32,000 bases of DNA. It comes from an uncultured Chloroflexia bacterium (lineage in GTDB: Bacteria; Chloroflexota; Ktedonobacteria; Ktedonobacterales; JADMIN01). Positions within the stretch are counted from its first letter, which is position 1. The number at the start of each line of letters is the position of its first letter. Positions 19,554 to 27,746 of this stretch are shown one piece after another. The position numbers were made by a program, and so were the translations under genes. The notes beneath the pieces are model-generated. The model ran no database searches, was not told where the DNA came from, and worked only from the letters and a program-made list of their open reading frames with translations. The stretch is from NCBI GenBank assembly GCA_963718915.1, contig CAVRAI010000001.1:240001-272000 (forward strand), read 5' to 3'.

Positions 19554-19907
19554 TTAGACATACCGCGCGTTGCGTGGGCCGACGAAGATCGTGTTGGGGC
19601 TGAAGTACGCCAGCACCATCAGCAGAATCCACAGCGCGAACGTCACAAAGCCGACCAGGCCAGCGAGCAACCCGAAGACAAAGCCGATTATCGGGATGTG
19701 GCTCATCATTCCGCCCAACAGACCGATCAGGCCCAGCGAGCCGAAGATGACCACCGACTGCATGGCATGGCGCCGAACCGTCTGATTCCGTTGCTCCACG
19801 AACAGCAGAATCAGCCCTGATACCCAGATGAACGCGTATGCGAGCACCCGCTCCCAGCGCTCCTGGATGCCAAGCGTGGTCGGGCTAGAATAGTTTTGGT
19901 TGTACAT
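19554..19907 (-). CDS. DUF4870-like small membrane protein
   Basis: ERWERVLAYAFIWVSGLILLFVEQRNQTVRRHAMQSVV matches the pattern of the DUF4870 / Tic20-like family (ER..A.LaY....sGl..l......fvRfHA.QS). About 3 TM. Confidence 0.65.
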   Translation of the reverse strand: MYNQNYSSPTTLGIQERWERVLAYAFIWVSGLILLFVEQRNQTVRRHAMQSVVIFGSLGLIGLLGGMMSHIPIIGFVFGLLAGLVGFVTFALWILLMVLAYFSPNTIFVGPRNARYV

Positions 19908-20199
19908 CTTTCTGCCACTCCCTGGAAATGCTTGCTGAGGAGATTGTGACCGTCACTGCCGCCGGTGGTTCATCGCTCCGGCTCTCCCTCAGTGATTCTC
20001 CCTTCAAGTGCTACGTGCCGGATTGCACGAGGTTGCATCCAATACTATACCTGCTTTGTAACCTTCATTGTGACCCGTTCTGGATAGGGCGTATGTGCTA
20101 TCATATCGAAGGCGAAACGAGCAAGGCGTTTCGGCAACCAGCGCGTGTCTTTGCCTTCGGCAGCGTCGCCGGAGCCAGATATTGAGAAGAGGGTGTCCT

Positions 20200-21375
20200 A
20201 TGGCGGGCGTGGTCAGGCGAGAAATGCTCTCAGAGCGCGTGCGTTCCATCAAACCATCTGGCATTCGTAAATTCTTCGATATCGCCGCGACGATGGGTGA
20301 CGTGATCTCGCTCGGCGTGGGCGAACCCGACTTCGTCACGCCCGATCATATCCGCCAGGCGGGCATCGATTCGATCAACGCGGGCGATACCCACTACACC
20401 TCCAACTGGGGCACACTGCCGCTGCGCCAGGCCATTAGCGAGAATATCGAGCGGCGATACGGCGTCCACTATGACCCCGCGACCGAGGTGATGGTGACGG
20501 TCGGCGTCAGCGAGGGCATCGACGCCACACTCCGCGCCATCCTCGATGAGGGCGACGAGGTGGCCGTGCCCGATCCCGGCTACGTCGCCTACGAGGCCGA
20601 TGTGGCGCTGGCAGGCGGCAAGGTCGTCCCGGTGCGTACCCACGTCGAAGAAGAGTTCGAGGTGCGCGCTGCCACCTTAGAAGCTGTCTTGACGCCACGC
20701 ACGAAGGTGGCGCTGCTGGGCAACCCGAACAACCCAACCGGCGCGGTCATCGCGCGCTCCGAACTCGAAAAGATCGCCGCGCTCGCCGTCCGTAACGACC
20801 TGCTGGTCATCAGCGACGAGGTGTATAGCCGCCTGGTCTATGGCGAAGAGCACGCTTGCATCGCCGCGATGCCTGGTATGCGCGAGCGCACGGTGCTGGC
20901 GGATGGCTTCTCGAAGGCGTATGCGATGACCGGATGGCGCGTCGGCTACCTCTGCGCCCCGGCCCATCTGCTCGAAGCCATTCTCAAGGTTCACCAGTAC
21001 GCCATCATGTGCGCGCCGACGATGAGCCAGGCGGCTGCCCTCGAAGCGCTGCTCCACGGCGAGGATGACGTGGTGGCGATGGTCGCCAGCTACGACGAGC
21101 GGCGCAAGCTGATGGTGAACGGCTTCAACGCGATTGGGCTGGACTGCTACATGCCGCGCGGCGCGTTCTATGCCTTCCCGTCCATCGCGCGCACGGGGAT
21201 GACTTCAGAGGAGTTCGCCGAGAAGCTGCTCTTCGAGGAGAAGGTGGCGGCGGTGCCCGGCAGCGCATTCGGCGAGGGCGGCGAGGGCTTCATCCGCTGC
21301 ACCTATTGCACGGCGCAAGACAAGATCGGTGAGGCGCTCGAACGCATAGGGCGCTTTGTCCAGAAATATTCGTAA
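20200..21375 (+). CDS. class I/II pyridoxal-phosphate aminotransferase (aspartate/aromatic-type)
   Basis: Motifs IKPSGIRKFFD, LGVGEPDF, NPNNPTG and the PLP-lysine motif SKAYAMTGWRVGY. Start placed at ATG 20200 (MAGVV), with a GA-rich RBS. Confidence 0.9.
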   Translation: MAGVVRREMLSERVRSIKPSGIRKFFDIAATMGDVISLGVGEPDFVTPDHIRQAGIDSINAGDTHYTSNWGTLPLRQAISENIERRYGVHYDPATEVMVTVGVSEGIDATLRAILDEGDEVAVPDPGYVAYEADVALAGGKVVPVRTHVEEEFEVRAATLEAVLTPRTKVALLGNPNNPTGAVIARSELEKIAALAVRNDLLVISDEVYSRLVYGEEHACIAAMPGMRERTVLADGFSKAYAMTGWRVGYLCAPAHLLEAILKVHQYAIMCAPTMSQAAALEALLHGEDDVVAMVASYDERRKLMVNGFNAIGLDCYMPRGAFYAFPSIARTGMTSEEFAEKLLFEEKVAAVPGSAFGEGGEGFIRCTYCTAQDKIGEALERIGRFVQKYS

Positions 21376-21392
21376 CGGCGCGGGCGGTTAAG

Positions 21393-21558
21393 CCTGGCGG
21401 CTGAAGCCGCGGCTAAGGGTCTCACTACGTTCGACCGCAAAGGCCGCCTTCGCGGCCTCCAGAGTGGTAGGCGCCTTGGGCCGCTGTCTGGAGCCTGCCT
21501 CCGCAGGCTTCGCGGATGCGCGCAAGCGCATCCCTTAGGCGCGGCTTTAGCCGCCAGG
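21393..21558. repeat. 166-nt nested palindromic / multi-hairpin element between the aminotransferase gene and gatB
   Basis: 27-bp outer inverted repeat, 21393-21419 vs 21532-21558 (1 mismatch, 1 G-T). It encloses perfect hairpins GGCCGC-cttc-GCGGCC, TCCAGA..TCTGGA, GCCTGC-ctcc-GCAGGC and GGATGCGC-gcaa-GCGCATCC. Confidence 0.8.
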
Positions 21559-21605
21559 CGACTCCGTTCAGACAGATTCGTTAACTCTAGCTCGAAGGAA
21601 GATAC

Positions 21606-23093
21606 ATGCCTGCTGCTACACCCAAAATCGATGTGGAGTATGAGGTCACTATCGGCCTGGAGGTCCACGCGCAACTGCTCACTGAGAGTAAGATGTTCTG
21701 CCGCTGCTCGACGGGCTATGCCAACGCGGCGCCCAACACTCACAACTGTCCCATCTGCATGGGATTTCCGGGGACGCTGCCGGTTATCAACGAGCAAGCG
21801 ATTGACTATACCATCATGACGGCGCTGGCGCTCAACTGTCACATCGCCGAATACTCGAAGTTCGACCGCAAGAACTACTTCTATCCCGATCTGCCCAAGG
21901 GCTATCAAATCTCGCAGTATGACGTCCCGCTGAGCGCCAATGGCTACCTGATGATCCACATCAATGGCGAGGACCGCCGCATCGGCATCACGCGCATCCA
22001 CCTGGAGGAAGACACCGGGCGTCACCTGGAGCGCGAGGCACACGGCGAGGCCTATAGCCTGATCGACCTGAACCGTGCGGGCGTCCCGCTGATGGAGATC
22101 GTCGGCGAGCCAGACATCCGCACGCCGGAGGAGGCGCGGCTCTACATGGAGAAGCTGCGCACCGTCCTGCTCTATCTCGGAGTGAACTCCGGTCGCATGG
22201 AGGAGGGCGCGCTACGCTGCGACGCGAATATCTCTGTGCGCCCGAAGGGGCAGAAGGAATTTGGCTCGAAGGTCGAGATCAAGAACATGAACTCGTTCCG
22301 CGCGGTCGAGCGGGCGCTGGCCTATGAGGCGGAGCGCCAGGAGGCAGAATTGCGCGCCGGGCATACCATTCCCCAGCAGACCCGCGGCTGGCGCGAGGAC
22401 AAAGGCATTACAGTGGCGCAACGCTCCAAAGAAGAGGCGAACGACTATCGCTACTTCCCGGAGCCAGACCTGCCGCGGCTGGTTGTCAGCCGGGAATGGG
22501 TCGAGCGGATTCGCGCCGAGATGCCCGAACTGCCCGACGCCACACGCGAGCGCTTCATCGCGACCTATGAGCTTTCCGACTACGACGCCGACCAGCTGAC
22601 GGCGGAACGCGCACTGGCCGAATATTTCGAGGCGGCGGTGCAGGCGCGCCCGGCGACGAATCGCATTGCGCGGGCAAAGTCGGTGGCGAACTGGGTGGTT
22701 GGCGACCTACGGCGACTCTTGAACGCCGCGGGGACGGATATCGGCGCGAGCCCGGTAGCGCCAGTGGCCATCGCCGAGCTGGTGGAACTGGTGGAGCGGA
22801 ATACGATCAACGGCAAACAGGCGAAGGACGTGCTGGAGAAGGCATTTGCCAGCGGCGAGGCGCCGGGGGCGATTGTTGCGCGCGAGGGCATCGCGCAGAT
22901 CAGCGACCAGGGCGAGTTGGTGGCTGCCGTCGAGGCGGCGATAGCGGAGAATCCCAAAGCAGTCGAGGACTATAAATCGGGCAAGACCAGCGCGGTACAG
23001 TTTCTGGTCGGCCAGGTGATGAAACGGACGAAGGGCCGCGCAAAGCCCGACGCCGTAAGCCTGCTGCTGGTGGAGAAACTCGAGAGTCTCTAA
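21606..23093 (+). CDS. gatB: Asp-tRNA(Asn)/Glu-tRNA(Gln) amidotransferase subunit B
   Basis: 495 aa. [14 protein letters not shown]-terminus, [11 protein letters not shown] motif and a YqeY-like C-terminal domain. Confidence 0.97.
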   Translation: MPAATPKIDVEYEVTIGLEVHAQLLTESKMFCRCSTGYANAAPNTHNCPICMGFPGTLPVINEQAIDYTIMTALALNCHIAEYSKFDRKNYFYPDLPKGYQISQYDVPLSANGYLMIHINGEDRRIGITRIHLEEDTGRHLEREAHGEAYSLIDLNRAGVPLMEIVGEPDIRTPEEARLYMEKLRTVLLYLGVNSGRMEEGALRCDANISVRPKGQKEFGSKVEIKNMNSFRAVERALAYEAERQEAELRAGHTIPQQTRGWREDKGITVAQRSKEEANDYRYFPEPDLPRLVVSREWVERIRAEMPELPDATRERFIATYELSDYDADQLTAERALAEYFEAAVQARPATNRIARAKSVANWVVGDLRRLLNAAGTDIGASPVAPVAIAELVELVERNTINGKQAKDVLEKAFASGEAPGAIVAREGIAQISDQGELVAAVEAAIAENPKAVEDYKSGKTSAVQFLVGQVMKRTKGRAKPDAVSLLLVEKLESL

Positions 23094-23241
23094 GATACGC
23101 CGGGCCTGCGTGTTGAGGGGGCGCATCGAGCTGGCTATACACAGGAATAGTTCGTGGAGTGTTGTCGGCCCAGAGCGCGGCAATTTGGCCGCATCATCTT
23201 CGGAAGCATGTAGAGATGCTGAGTGAGGAGAGTTCTGGCTT

Positions 23242-24507
23242 ATGCACAACGATGTGCCCAATGGGCGGCCCAATCCCTACAAGATGGCGTTGGCGCAGTT
23301 TGAGGAGGCGGCCGACCGGCTCAACCTCGACGAAGACCTGCGTGGCATCCTGCGGATGTCCAAGCGCGAGCTGACCGTACACTTCCCGGTGCATATGGAC
23401 AATGGCAGAACCCGCATGTTCACGGGCTTCCGCGTCCAGCACAACATCAATCGCGGACCAGCCAAAGGCGGCATTCGCTACGACGCAGCCGTCTCGCTGG
23501 ACGAGATACGGGCGCTGGCGATGTGGATGACGTGGAAGTGCGCGGTGGTTGATATCCCCTTCGGTGGCGCCAAAGGTGGGGTCATCGTCGATCCCAAACA
23601 GCTCAGCGAGAGCGAACTCGAGCATCTCACGCGCCGCTATACAACCGAGATTTCGGTGCTGATTGGTCCGGCCAGTGATATTCCCGCGCCAGACGTCAAC
23701 ACCAACGCGCAGACGATGGCTTGGATGATGGACACCTATTCCATGCACGCGGGCTTCTCGGTGCCCGCGGTCGTCACGGGCAAGCCGCTCTCCATCGGCG
23801 GCAGCGAGGGGCGCAACGAGGCGACGGCGACCGGCGCGGTGGCGGTCATGAAGATGGCGGCGGACGAGTTGAAGATGCCGCTACGCGACCTACGGGTGGC
23901 GATCCAGGGCTTCGGCAATGCGGGCGCGATTGCCGCCGAACTTCTGCATGCCGAAGGCATTCGCGTGGTGGCGGTCAGCGACCGTTCGGGCGGCGTCTAT
24001 GATGAGCGCGGCCTCGATGTGCCCGCCTTGCTGAAATACAAGCAGGAGCATCGTATCGTGACCGGCTTCCCCGACGCGCAGGAGCTGAGCATCGCGGATA
24101 CGCTTGAGGTACCCTGCGATGTGCTGATTCCGGCGGCGACCGAGGGCGTTTTGACGCAGGAGAATGCTCCTCGCGTGCAGGCGCGCATCATTGTCGAGGC
24201 GGCCAATGGGCCGACCACGCCCGACGCCGATAAGATCTTCTTCGAGCGTGGTGTGCGCCTCGTCCCGGATATTCTGGCGAATGCCGCTGGCGTGACGGTC
24301 AGCTACTTCGAGTGGGTGCAGGACCTGCAAAACTTCTTCTGGGAACCCGATGAGGTGCAGGAGAAGCTGGCGCTGGTGATGGGAAACGCCTATATCGCCG
24401 TCGCCAAACTGGCGCGCGACCAGGAGTGCGATCTGCGCACGGCGGCCAACATGGTGGCCATCAAGCGGGTCGCCGACGCCACGCAGATGCGCGGGATATA
24501 CCCGTAA
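23242..24507 (+). CDS. gdh: glutamate dehydrogenase (Glu/Leu/Phe/Val dehydrogenase family)
   Basis: Motifs PAKGGIRY, PFGGAKGG and the Rossmann GFGNAG. 421 aa. RBS GAGGAG. Confidence 0.93.
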   Translation: MHNDVPNGRPNPYKMALAQFEEAADRLNLDEDLRGILRMSKRELTVHFPVHMDNGRTRMFTGFRVQHNINRGPAKGGIRYDAAVSLDEIRALAMWMTWKCAVVDIPFGGAKGGVIVDPKQLSESELEHLTRRYTTEISVLIGPASDIPAPDVNTNAQTMAWMMDTYSMHAGFSVPAVVTGKPLSIGGSEGRNEATATGAVAVMKMAADELKMPLRDLRVAIQGFGNAGAIAAELLHAEGIRVVAVSDRSGGVYDERGLDVPALLKYKQEHRIVTGFPDAQELSIADTLEVPCDVLIPAATEGVLTQENAPRVQARIIVEAANGPTTPDADKIFFERGVRLVPDILANAAGVTVSYFEWVQDLQNFFWEPDEVQEKLALVMGNAYIAVAKLARDQECDLRTAANMVAIKRVADATQMRGIYP

Positions 24508-24577
24508 ACCTCCAAAGGCAATTTGGGTCGGGACAGTCCGCGACTTATGTGGTTTTAGCATGTGTGGCGGAGACGGG

Positions 24578-24727
24578 CAGTGCGGTGGGGTGAGCAGGTC
24601 GTAGCGTAAACGCTACGGCGAATTTCCCACGTCTCAGGCCTATTCGCTGGGGCCTTCGGGTTCCAGCCTCTCCGCCCGACTCTCACGCCCACTATTCGGG
24701 ATAAAAAGGAAAAGTTCATAAACCCTG
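24578..24727 (+). repeat. dispersed intergenic hairpin repeat, copy B
   Basis: Same conserved cores as 13552-13711. Hairpins are CGTAGCG-taaa-CGCTACG and CTGGGGCC-ttcg-GGTTCCAG. The second needs G-U pairs, so it is RNA- and plus-strand-specific. Confidence 0.8.
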
Positions 24728-24834
24728 TCCAGGCAGCCAGACCATGGCTGCCTGCGCGTCTCTGCTGTAATTTCGGCTCGTGAGGCGCGTCACTGGCAAG
24801 TGTTTTGCTGGAGTCAAACGGGAGAAAGATATAC

Positions 24835-25584
24835 GTGGATACCAACAATACCACCAATACCAACACACCCAACTCTCAGACCAAGCAGGCCGCGCTCCTG
24901 GGGATCATCGACCACGCCCGCACTCTGGAGCAGACGCTCGCCAGTTTCTTCGACGACTCGGCGCGCGCCGCCGTTGGCACGGTGGAGGTGTGGGCTCCCA
25001 AAGACCATTTCGCGCATTTGGCTGTCTGGCAAATCTTTCGGGTGCGGCGACTGGAGGCCATCTCCACGGGTAATCCACCCGAGGAGCCAGAAAGTAATGA
25101 CGAGGCCTTTCAGAAATATCAGGGTAACACGTGGAACGACAGTTGGGCAATGGCGATGCGGGCGCTGGATGAGAACGCCACCGTGATTGCGCGAACATCC
25201 GAGGACGACCTGACGCACCCTGAGCGCTTCCCGTGGATGAATGGGGGATCGTTTGTCTCCGGTGTCGTCAGTAGTTGCTACCTTCATCCGGTCGAACATG
25301 TGGCGCAGATGTACGAAGAGCATGGCGATCTGGCCGCCGTCGAGCGCATACAATTGGAGTCGGTCGCGGTGGTAAGTGGCCTCTTCGGCAGAGGCGAAGA
25401 ATATGGCATTGCCGCCTACAATCTGGGCTGCTTCTATGCCAAGCATGGCCGAGCGGACGACGCGATTACGCAGGTGCGCGAGGCGCTGGCGGTCAATCCC
25501 CGGCTGACGGAGTGGTCGAAAGAGGACTCTGATCTCGTCTCGCTGCATAGCCTGCCAGCCTATCAGGCGCTCTACGTCGGCTAA
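24835..25584 (+). CDS. DinB/ClbS-like four-helix-bundle protein with a C-terminal TPR-like motif
   Basis: WAPKDHFAHLAVWQ resembles ClbS/DfsB-DinB family signatures. The C-terminus AAYNLGCFYAKHGRADDAITQVREALAVNP is TPR-like. GTG 24835 is preceded by GGAG; TTG 24805 is an alternative start. Confidence 0.5.
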   Translation: MDTNNTTNTNTPNSQTKQAALLGIIDHARTLEQTLASFFDDSARAAVGTVEVWAPKDHFAHLAVWQIFRVRRLEAISTGNPPEEPESNDEAFQKYQGNTWNDSWAMAMRALDENATVIARTSEDDLTHPERFPWMNGGSFVSGVVSSCYLHPVEHVAQMYEEHGDLAAVERIQLESVAVVSGLFGRGEEYGIAAYNLGCFYAKHGRADDAITQVREALAVNPRLTEWSKEDSDLVSLHSLPAYQALYVG

Positions 25585-25647
25585 CCGGTCGCTGGTGGCT
25601 GATGCGGTTCTACCATCCAATATCAATCACGTGAGGAGCAGCGCGGT

Positions 25648-26676
25648 ATGGCCGAGCGCAACAACGACCTCTGCGACGTTGCGGGTATTCTCGTCGGGCA
25701 CGATACCGACCTGGAGGCGGGGACTGGCTGTACCGTCATCCGATGCGCCTGGCCCGCGCTTGGCGCCGTGGATGTGCGCGGCGGCGCGCCCGGTACGCGC
25801 GAAACCGATCTGCTCGATCCGCGCTGCATGATGACCGAGGTACACGCGGTAGTGCTGACGGGAGGTAGCGCCTTTGGGCTGGCTGCCGCCGATGGCGTGA
25901 TGCGCGCGCTGGCTGAGGAGGGTGTCGGGTTCGACGCTGGCCCGGCGCGCGTGCCGATTGTTCCAGCGGCGGTGCTCTTCGATCTGGGCGTTGGCCGCGC
26001 CGATGTCCGTCCCGATGCGGCGTCGGGGATGCGGGCTGTGCGGGCGGCAGCCGGTGGGCCGATTGCGCAGGGAACGGTGGGCGCGGGCACGGGAGCGACG
26101 GTCGGCAAGATGGCTGGCCCGGCGCTCGCCGTCAAGGGTGGTGTCGGCTCCGCCAGCGAGCAACTGCCCGATGGCCACGTAATCGGCGCGCTGGTCGCCG
26201 TCAACGCGCTCGGCGACATCTACGACGCCGAAACGGGACGTCTGCTGGCGGGCGCACGCAGCCCCTCAGGCCAACGCTGGCTGGCGGACGACATTGCCGC
26301 CGCGCGGAGTGGCGCGCCGACACAACCACCCGCCCCGGAGTCGCCACCAGTTCCGGGCACGCAGACGACGCTGGCCGTCATCGCGACCGATGCGCCCTTC
26401 ACCAAAGCCGAACTGGCCAAGCTCGCCCAGATGGCGCACGACGGGCTGGCGCTGGCGATTCGCCCGGTCCATACCCCCTTCGATGGCGATGTCGTCTTCG
26501 CCCTCTCCACCGCGCAAACCGCCGCCACTGCCGCTCCCGCTGGCGCGCTACCCCTGGCGCTGGCTGGCGGAGTGGCCGCTCGGACGCTGGCCCGCGCCGT
26601 CGCCAACGCGATTCGCGCCGCCATCGGGCTGCACGGCGTCCCGGCACTACTTGAGTTGCCCTTCGCGCGAGAATGA
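25648..26676 (+). CDS. P1 / S58 (DmpA-type) family aminopeptidase
   Basis: Motifs GTGCTVI, RGGAPGTRETD, LTGGSAFGL, GTVGAGTGA, TTLAVIATDAPF and FDGDVVFALST. RBS GAGGAG. Confidence 0.88.
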   Translation: MAERNNDLCDVAGILVGHDTDLEAGTGCTVIRCAWPALGAVDVRGGAPGTRETDLLDPRCMMTEVHAVVLTGGSAFGLAAADGVMRALAEEGVGFDAGPARVPIVPAAVLFDLGVGRADVRPDAASGMRAVRAAAGGPIAQGTVGAGTGATVGKMAGPALAVKGGVGSASEQLPDGHVIGALVAVNALGDIYDAETGRLLAGARSPSGQRWLADDIAAARSGAPTQPPAPESPPVPGTQTTLAVIATDAPFTKAELAKLAQMAHDGLALAIRPVHTPFDGDVVFALSTAQTAATAAPAGALPLALAGGVAARTLARAVANAIRAAIGLHGVPALLELPFARE

Positions 26677-26704
26677 AGGGGGCGCGCGTTCGTCACAGCC
26701 GCTA

Positions 26705-27436
26705 TCAATAGACGAGGTGCAGGTAGAAGCCGACGATGAAGCGGGCCACAAACGCTGTAATCGCAAACCAGCCCAGCAGGATCAGCGCCGACACCACCAG
26801 ACTGACGCGCGTGCGCCAGCGGTGAATCGCCTGTCCATTCCCCAAACGCACGGCGACGCCGCTCAGGATGAAGCTCCCCATCGCGCTAGCCGCCGTGACC
26901 GCCGCGAGCGCCTGAATGATGATCGGAGACCTTTCGAAGACGATATTGATCAGTTGGGAGATGGCTGGGGGCAGGCGCATGCGGAACGATCCAACCGCCG
27001 GGAGCGAACTCAGGCCGAAGATCAAGATAATAGCAAACCCAACCAGACTCACGACCAGACAGATGGCGGCCCATTTTTCCAGCCGCGCCAGCGCCGCCAC
27101 ATTGTCCGAGGAGCGCCGCGCCCGGCGTCCCAGAAGGATGGCCACCACCGCCAGTGCTAGAATCGCCAGGAAGCTGACGATCACGATCACCGAGATGCGC
27201 GCCAGGGCCGCCTGCTGAAATGGCGTGACATCGCCGCGATAGGCGGGGAAGCTGCTCAGTTCAGCAGGGCGCAGCGCCGACGCGGTGAGTTCCATGACCA
27301 GCAGCCAGACCGCCGACGCAACGAAAGCAACACTGCCACAGGTGGCGCTGATCGCGGTCAGCCATCGCCCACGCCCCTGCGCCCGCGAACCATTGTTCGC
27401 TGGATAGGGAGTCTGGCCAGACGGTGAAAGCGTCAC
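26705..27436 (-). CDS. hypothetical polytopic membrane protein
   Basis: 243 aa with 5-6 hydrophobic segments. GTG start is preceded by GGAGGG. Divergent from the 27747 operon. Confidence 0.55.
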   Translation of the reverse strand: MTLSPSGQTPYPANNGSRAQGRGRWLTAISATCGSVAFVASAVWLLVMELTASALRPAELSSFPAYRGDVTPFQQAALARISVIVIVSFLAILALAVVAILLGRRARRSSDNVAALARLEKWAAICLVVSLVGFAIILIFGLSSLPAVGSFRMRLPPAISQLINIVFERSPIIIQALAAVTAASAMGSFILSGVAVRLGNGQAIHRWRTRVSLVVSALILLGWFAITAFVARFIVGFYLHLVY

Positions 27437-27597
27437 GGTGATGCCCTCCAGTTAACGCTGCGATTCTATCAGGCTATACGCCCGTCACTAAAACTACGCC
27501 CGATACCTTGAGCGCATCACAACCCATGACTGCCACAACTGAGGCAATCAGGCAACGCGGGGTGGTAGCCCGAATATGCTGCTCTACACTGCTCTGG

Positions 27598-27626
27598 TTG
27601 TGCCGAATGGCGCGCCATGTTATACT
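27598..27626 (+). promoter_or_regulatory. candidate promoter for the 27747-30828 operon
   Basis: TTGTGC, 17-nt spacer, TATACT. It lies about 120 nt upstream of GTG 27747. Confidence 0.3.
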
Positions 27627-27746
27627 CCCTCCGTGCGCCTCCGCCAGTCTGGGCATGGATTTCGGGCCGCGCTATGGATGCTTTTTCGCGGATGATCGTG
27701 GGGCGCCGACGCTATTTGCCGCTCGGCATAAGGGAGGCCACGGCCT

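Noticed and set aside
20105-20160. Competing stems (CGAAGGC/GCCTTCG, GAAACG/CGTTTC, GGCAA/TTGCC) in the aminotransferase 5' region, considered as a riboswitch or attenuator
   Set aside because: The stems are short and there is no terminator U-tract or known riboswitch core. Such pairings are expected by chance in GC-rich spacers.
21606-23093. gatB without adjacent gatC/gatA
   Set aside because: Split gatCAB arrangements are common in bacteria, so this is not considered anomalous.
25623-26708. Minus-strand ORFs of 198, 183 and 162 aa
   Set aside because: They are antisense to the S58/P1 peptidase gene, with low-complexity Ala/Pro/Ser/Arg translations.
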